A stretch of DNA of 48,373 bases from Phoronis australis (Eukaryota > Animalia > Phoronida), in assembly GCA_002633005.1 (NCBI GenBank), contig NMRA01000822.1, forward strand, positions 84,268-132,640, given 5' to 3'. Position numbers and translations under genes: made by a program. The notes beneath the pieces were generated by a model. It searched no databases. It saw nothing but the letters and a program-made list of their open reading frames with translations, and was not told the DNA's origin. How positions within the stretch are numbered: the stretch's first letter is position 1; the number at the start of each line of letters is the position of its first letter. Positions 46,352 to 48,373 of the stretch are shown piece after piece.

Positions 46352-46655
46352 ATATATATATATTTATTCAATAACTAGGCCTCCGGCCCTTGTTACAATC
46401 AAATCATCAAATACAATAAAGGTAAGTGTCAATCACTAGAAGTAAACCGAATTCTTCTTCGCTTGAATGCGAAATGAACATATTTACATGTTGACCATAT
46501 AAGATCTTTTTCCTCCATAGTCATGAGTCTGTTGAATTTTGTAACATTGGGATTGTTGTAGCTCCATGCAGGCAAATATCGTTTCCTAAGGTCATCGTAG
46601 AATGGGCATTCGATAACAAAATGATATTCCGACTCGACATATGTCCTAACACAGA
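46352..46655 (-). mobile_element. 3' end of a non-LTR retrotransposon (CR1/L2-like group), cut by an N join
   Basis: Open frame CVRTYVESEYHFVIECPFYDDLRKRYLP...CKYVHFAFKRRRIRFTSSD* (46655->46429) resembles a LINE ORF2 C-terminal Zn-finger. It is followed by a GGGCC-gga-GGCCT hairpin, AATAAA and a (TA)n tail. Confidence 0.75.
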
Positions 46656-48373
46656 NGCTATTAGTCGATCACAATGGCCAACATAGCCTTGATCTGGTTT
46701 GGCAAGGGGGCAAGCAGGAGCTAGGTGATAACAATCACACTTGCTAAAATCAAGCCTCACGAACTCTAACACGGCCAACAATTGATCATCAATTTTTTCA
46801 ATACCGAATCTGAAAGCCATTTAACAAAATCCACAAAATCAGGGATGACAAGGATAAGAAACATAGAGCATCAGATCTGCAAAATTTTAAAATTCAAGTT
46901 GCCTGAGCAGAAACAATTCTTAACAGAAACACTTTATTATTGTTAAATGCCTGGCACCAAATTAGCATAGTGATACATTAAGAATTATACCAATAGCAGA
47001 AAGACGGTCAAATGCCTGGAAAATTTGAACACTTCAATCAGGATTAGATAATAACTGTTTTATTTTTTAAATAATAACAGTTTCTTTATGAATACATAAT
47101 GTACCCTCTGTAAACAACAGCTGCAGATTTAATTATAACAGTCAATAACCATGACAAAATGGCAATTTCCACAAATGTGCATATTTCTCAGAGCTAGATG
47201 TCATTTTTTAAGCATGACAACTGCAATTATTTGATCAGCATCTCATCATGGAACCGGAATTTTATCCGAATGATCAAAACAGGCATACTTAAGTACACTA
47301 CAATATATACCACCAGTTTCCACAAAAGTTATTTTGATATTTAAAGGCCTATGGTCCGAGTTATAGAAGAAAAAACCTCTTAACGCCGTTTAAGCCGGTT
47401 TTTTGATGTGACATGGAGTTCAAAAAGTTATTAACTTTCAACTTGTGCAAAAAGTTTGAAAAAAATCGTTGTAATTACTACAAACGAATGAAATGTTTAA
47501 AAAGAATTTAGCCTCCCGACCGCTAAAATGATTATAAACATTACAACAACATTACAACAACGCATGCGCAGCCACAAATAAACATTACAACAACGCATGC
47601 GCAGCCACAGATCTAGAGGTCAACAGAATTTATACAAATGGCGGGGAGAAGTATATCTATGAAGTGTACGTCCGAAGGCGAAACGCAGTCGTCGTGCTCT
47701 ACGAGATTCAGAAAAAGACGTGTTAGCCAGTACAAAAAGCGGCATTACCAACAAACCTTGTACCTGTAATCGACTCGTTCGATAGGTGAGAAACAATGAG
47801 GACAAGGCTGAATGTTCGAACTCGTGAAGGTTTTACATTACAACAAATGAACAATACCAGGCTTTCGGTGGACAAGTATAAGTCAGTAAGTGTGCTGTTT
47901 GTGAAATGTTCAATGACTCGTACACACGTTTAGAGCATTCACTGATGGGTGACTGATCTCAGTCAGCATACATCGGACCTGAATCATTTTGAAGAGCCTC
48001 AATTCGATTAGCCTTGGTATACAGTCATCATACAGCTAGCTGGCTGGCTACAATTCGATCAGCTGTTCAGTTTTTGTTCTAATACTACTAGTACTTAAGT
48101 AGTAGTACTGATTCACGCTGACCCGGACTAGTTACACCATGTTAGTGTTTTAACATGTTAAAACTGGTAAGGCCCTTTCATTCTAACGTCGACATGGCGA
48201 TGTTTTGGGGAGTTGCAGTCAGTATGGAGGGTTAACTACGGTCCTGAATCGAAGTTAACTGTGCCAGTTGACTTCACAGTAGACAAGCGGAGCGTCAATG
48301 CTGTGGTGTACGGTAGTATGAATGATTAACTTCGGTTACATCGAAGAAGTTATTGTCAGGGGCCACTGCTATC

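Noticed and set aside
47536-47610. Short duplication containing CGCATGCGCA (NRF1-like)
   Set aside because: No gene start is identifiable nearby; likely repeat-internal.

Overview
Eukaryotic genomic DNA: AT-rich, with GT-AG introns and dense transposon remnants, consistent with a draft assembly of an invertebrate animal (species not determinable). It has 4 N-gaps and 5 single-N joins. Three spliced protein-coding genes were reconstructed by hand with consistent intron phases. (1) A 7-exon secreted S1A serine protease on the minus strand (17952->5763, 355 aa). It has a signal peptide, an 8-Cys defensin/clip-like domain, a Thr/Pro-rich linker, an intact His/Asp/Ser triad and an unusual Gly189/Gly216/Asp226 S1 pocket. 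(2) A small canonical RGS-domain gene on the plus strand (21265-29153, 141 aa), head-to-head with the protease. (3) A tandem paralogous RGS gene (31087 or 31513 to 45622, 159 aa) with an intact ORF but substitutions at key Galpha-contact residues, so possibly GAP-dead. The rest is mobile DNA: a decayed Mag-like Gypsy element, L1/Tx1 and CR1/L2-like LINE pieces, hAT-derived elements with 5-bp TSDs, a Kolobok-like element and several MITEs. There is also a dispersed family with internal higher-order tandem repeats (~430 bp = 3 x ~145 bp) in which each subunit carries a co-oriented CTCF-like motif. All calls come from reading the sequence; no database search was run.
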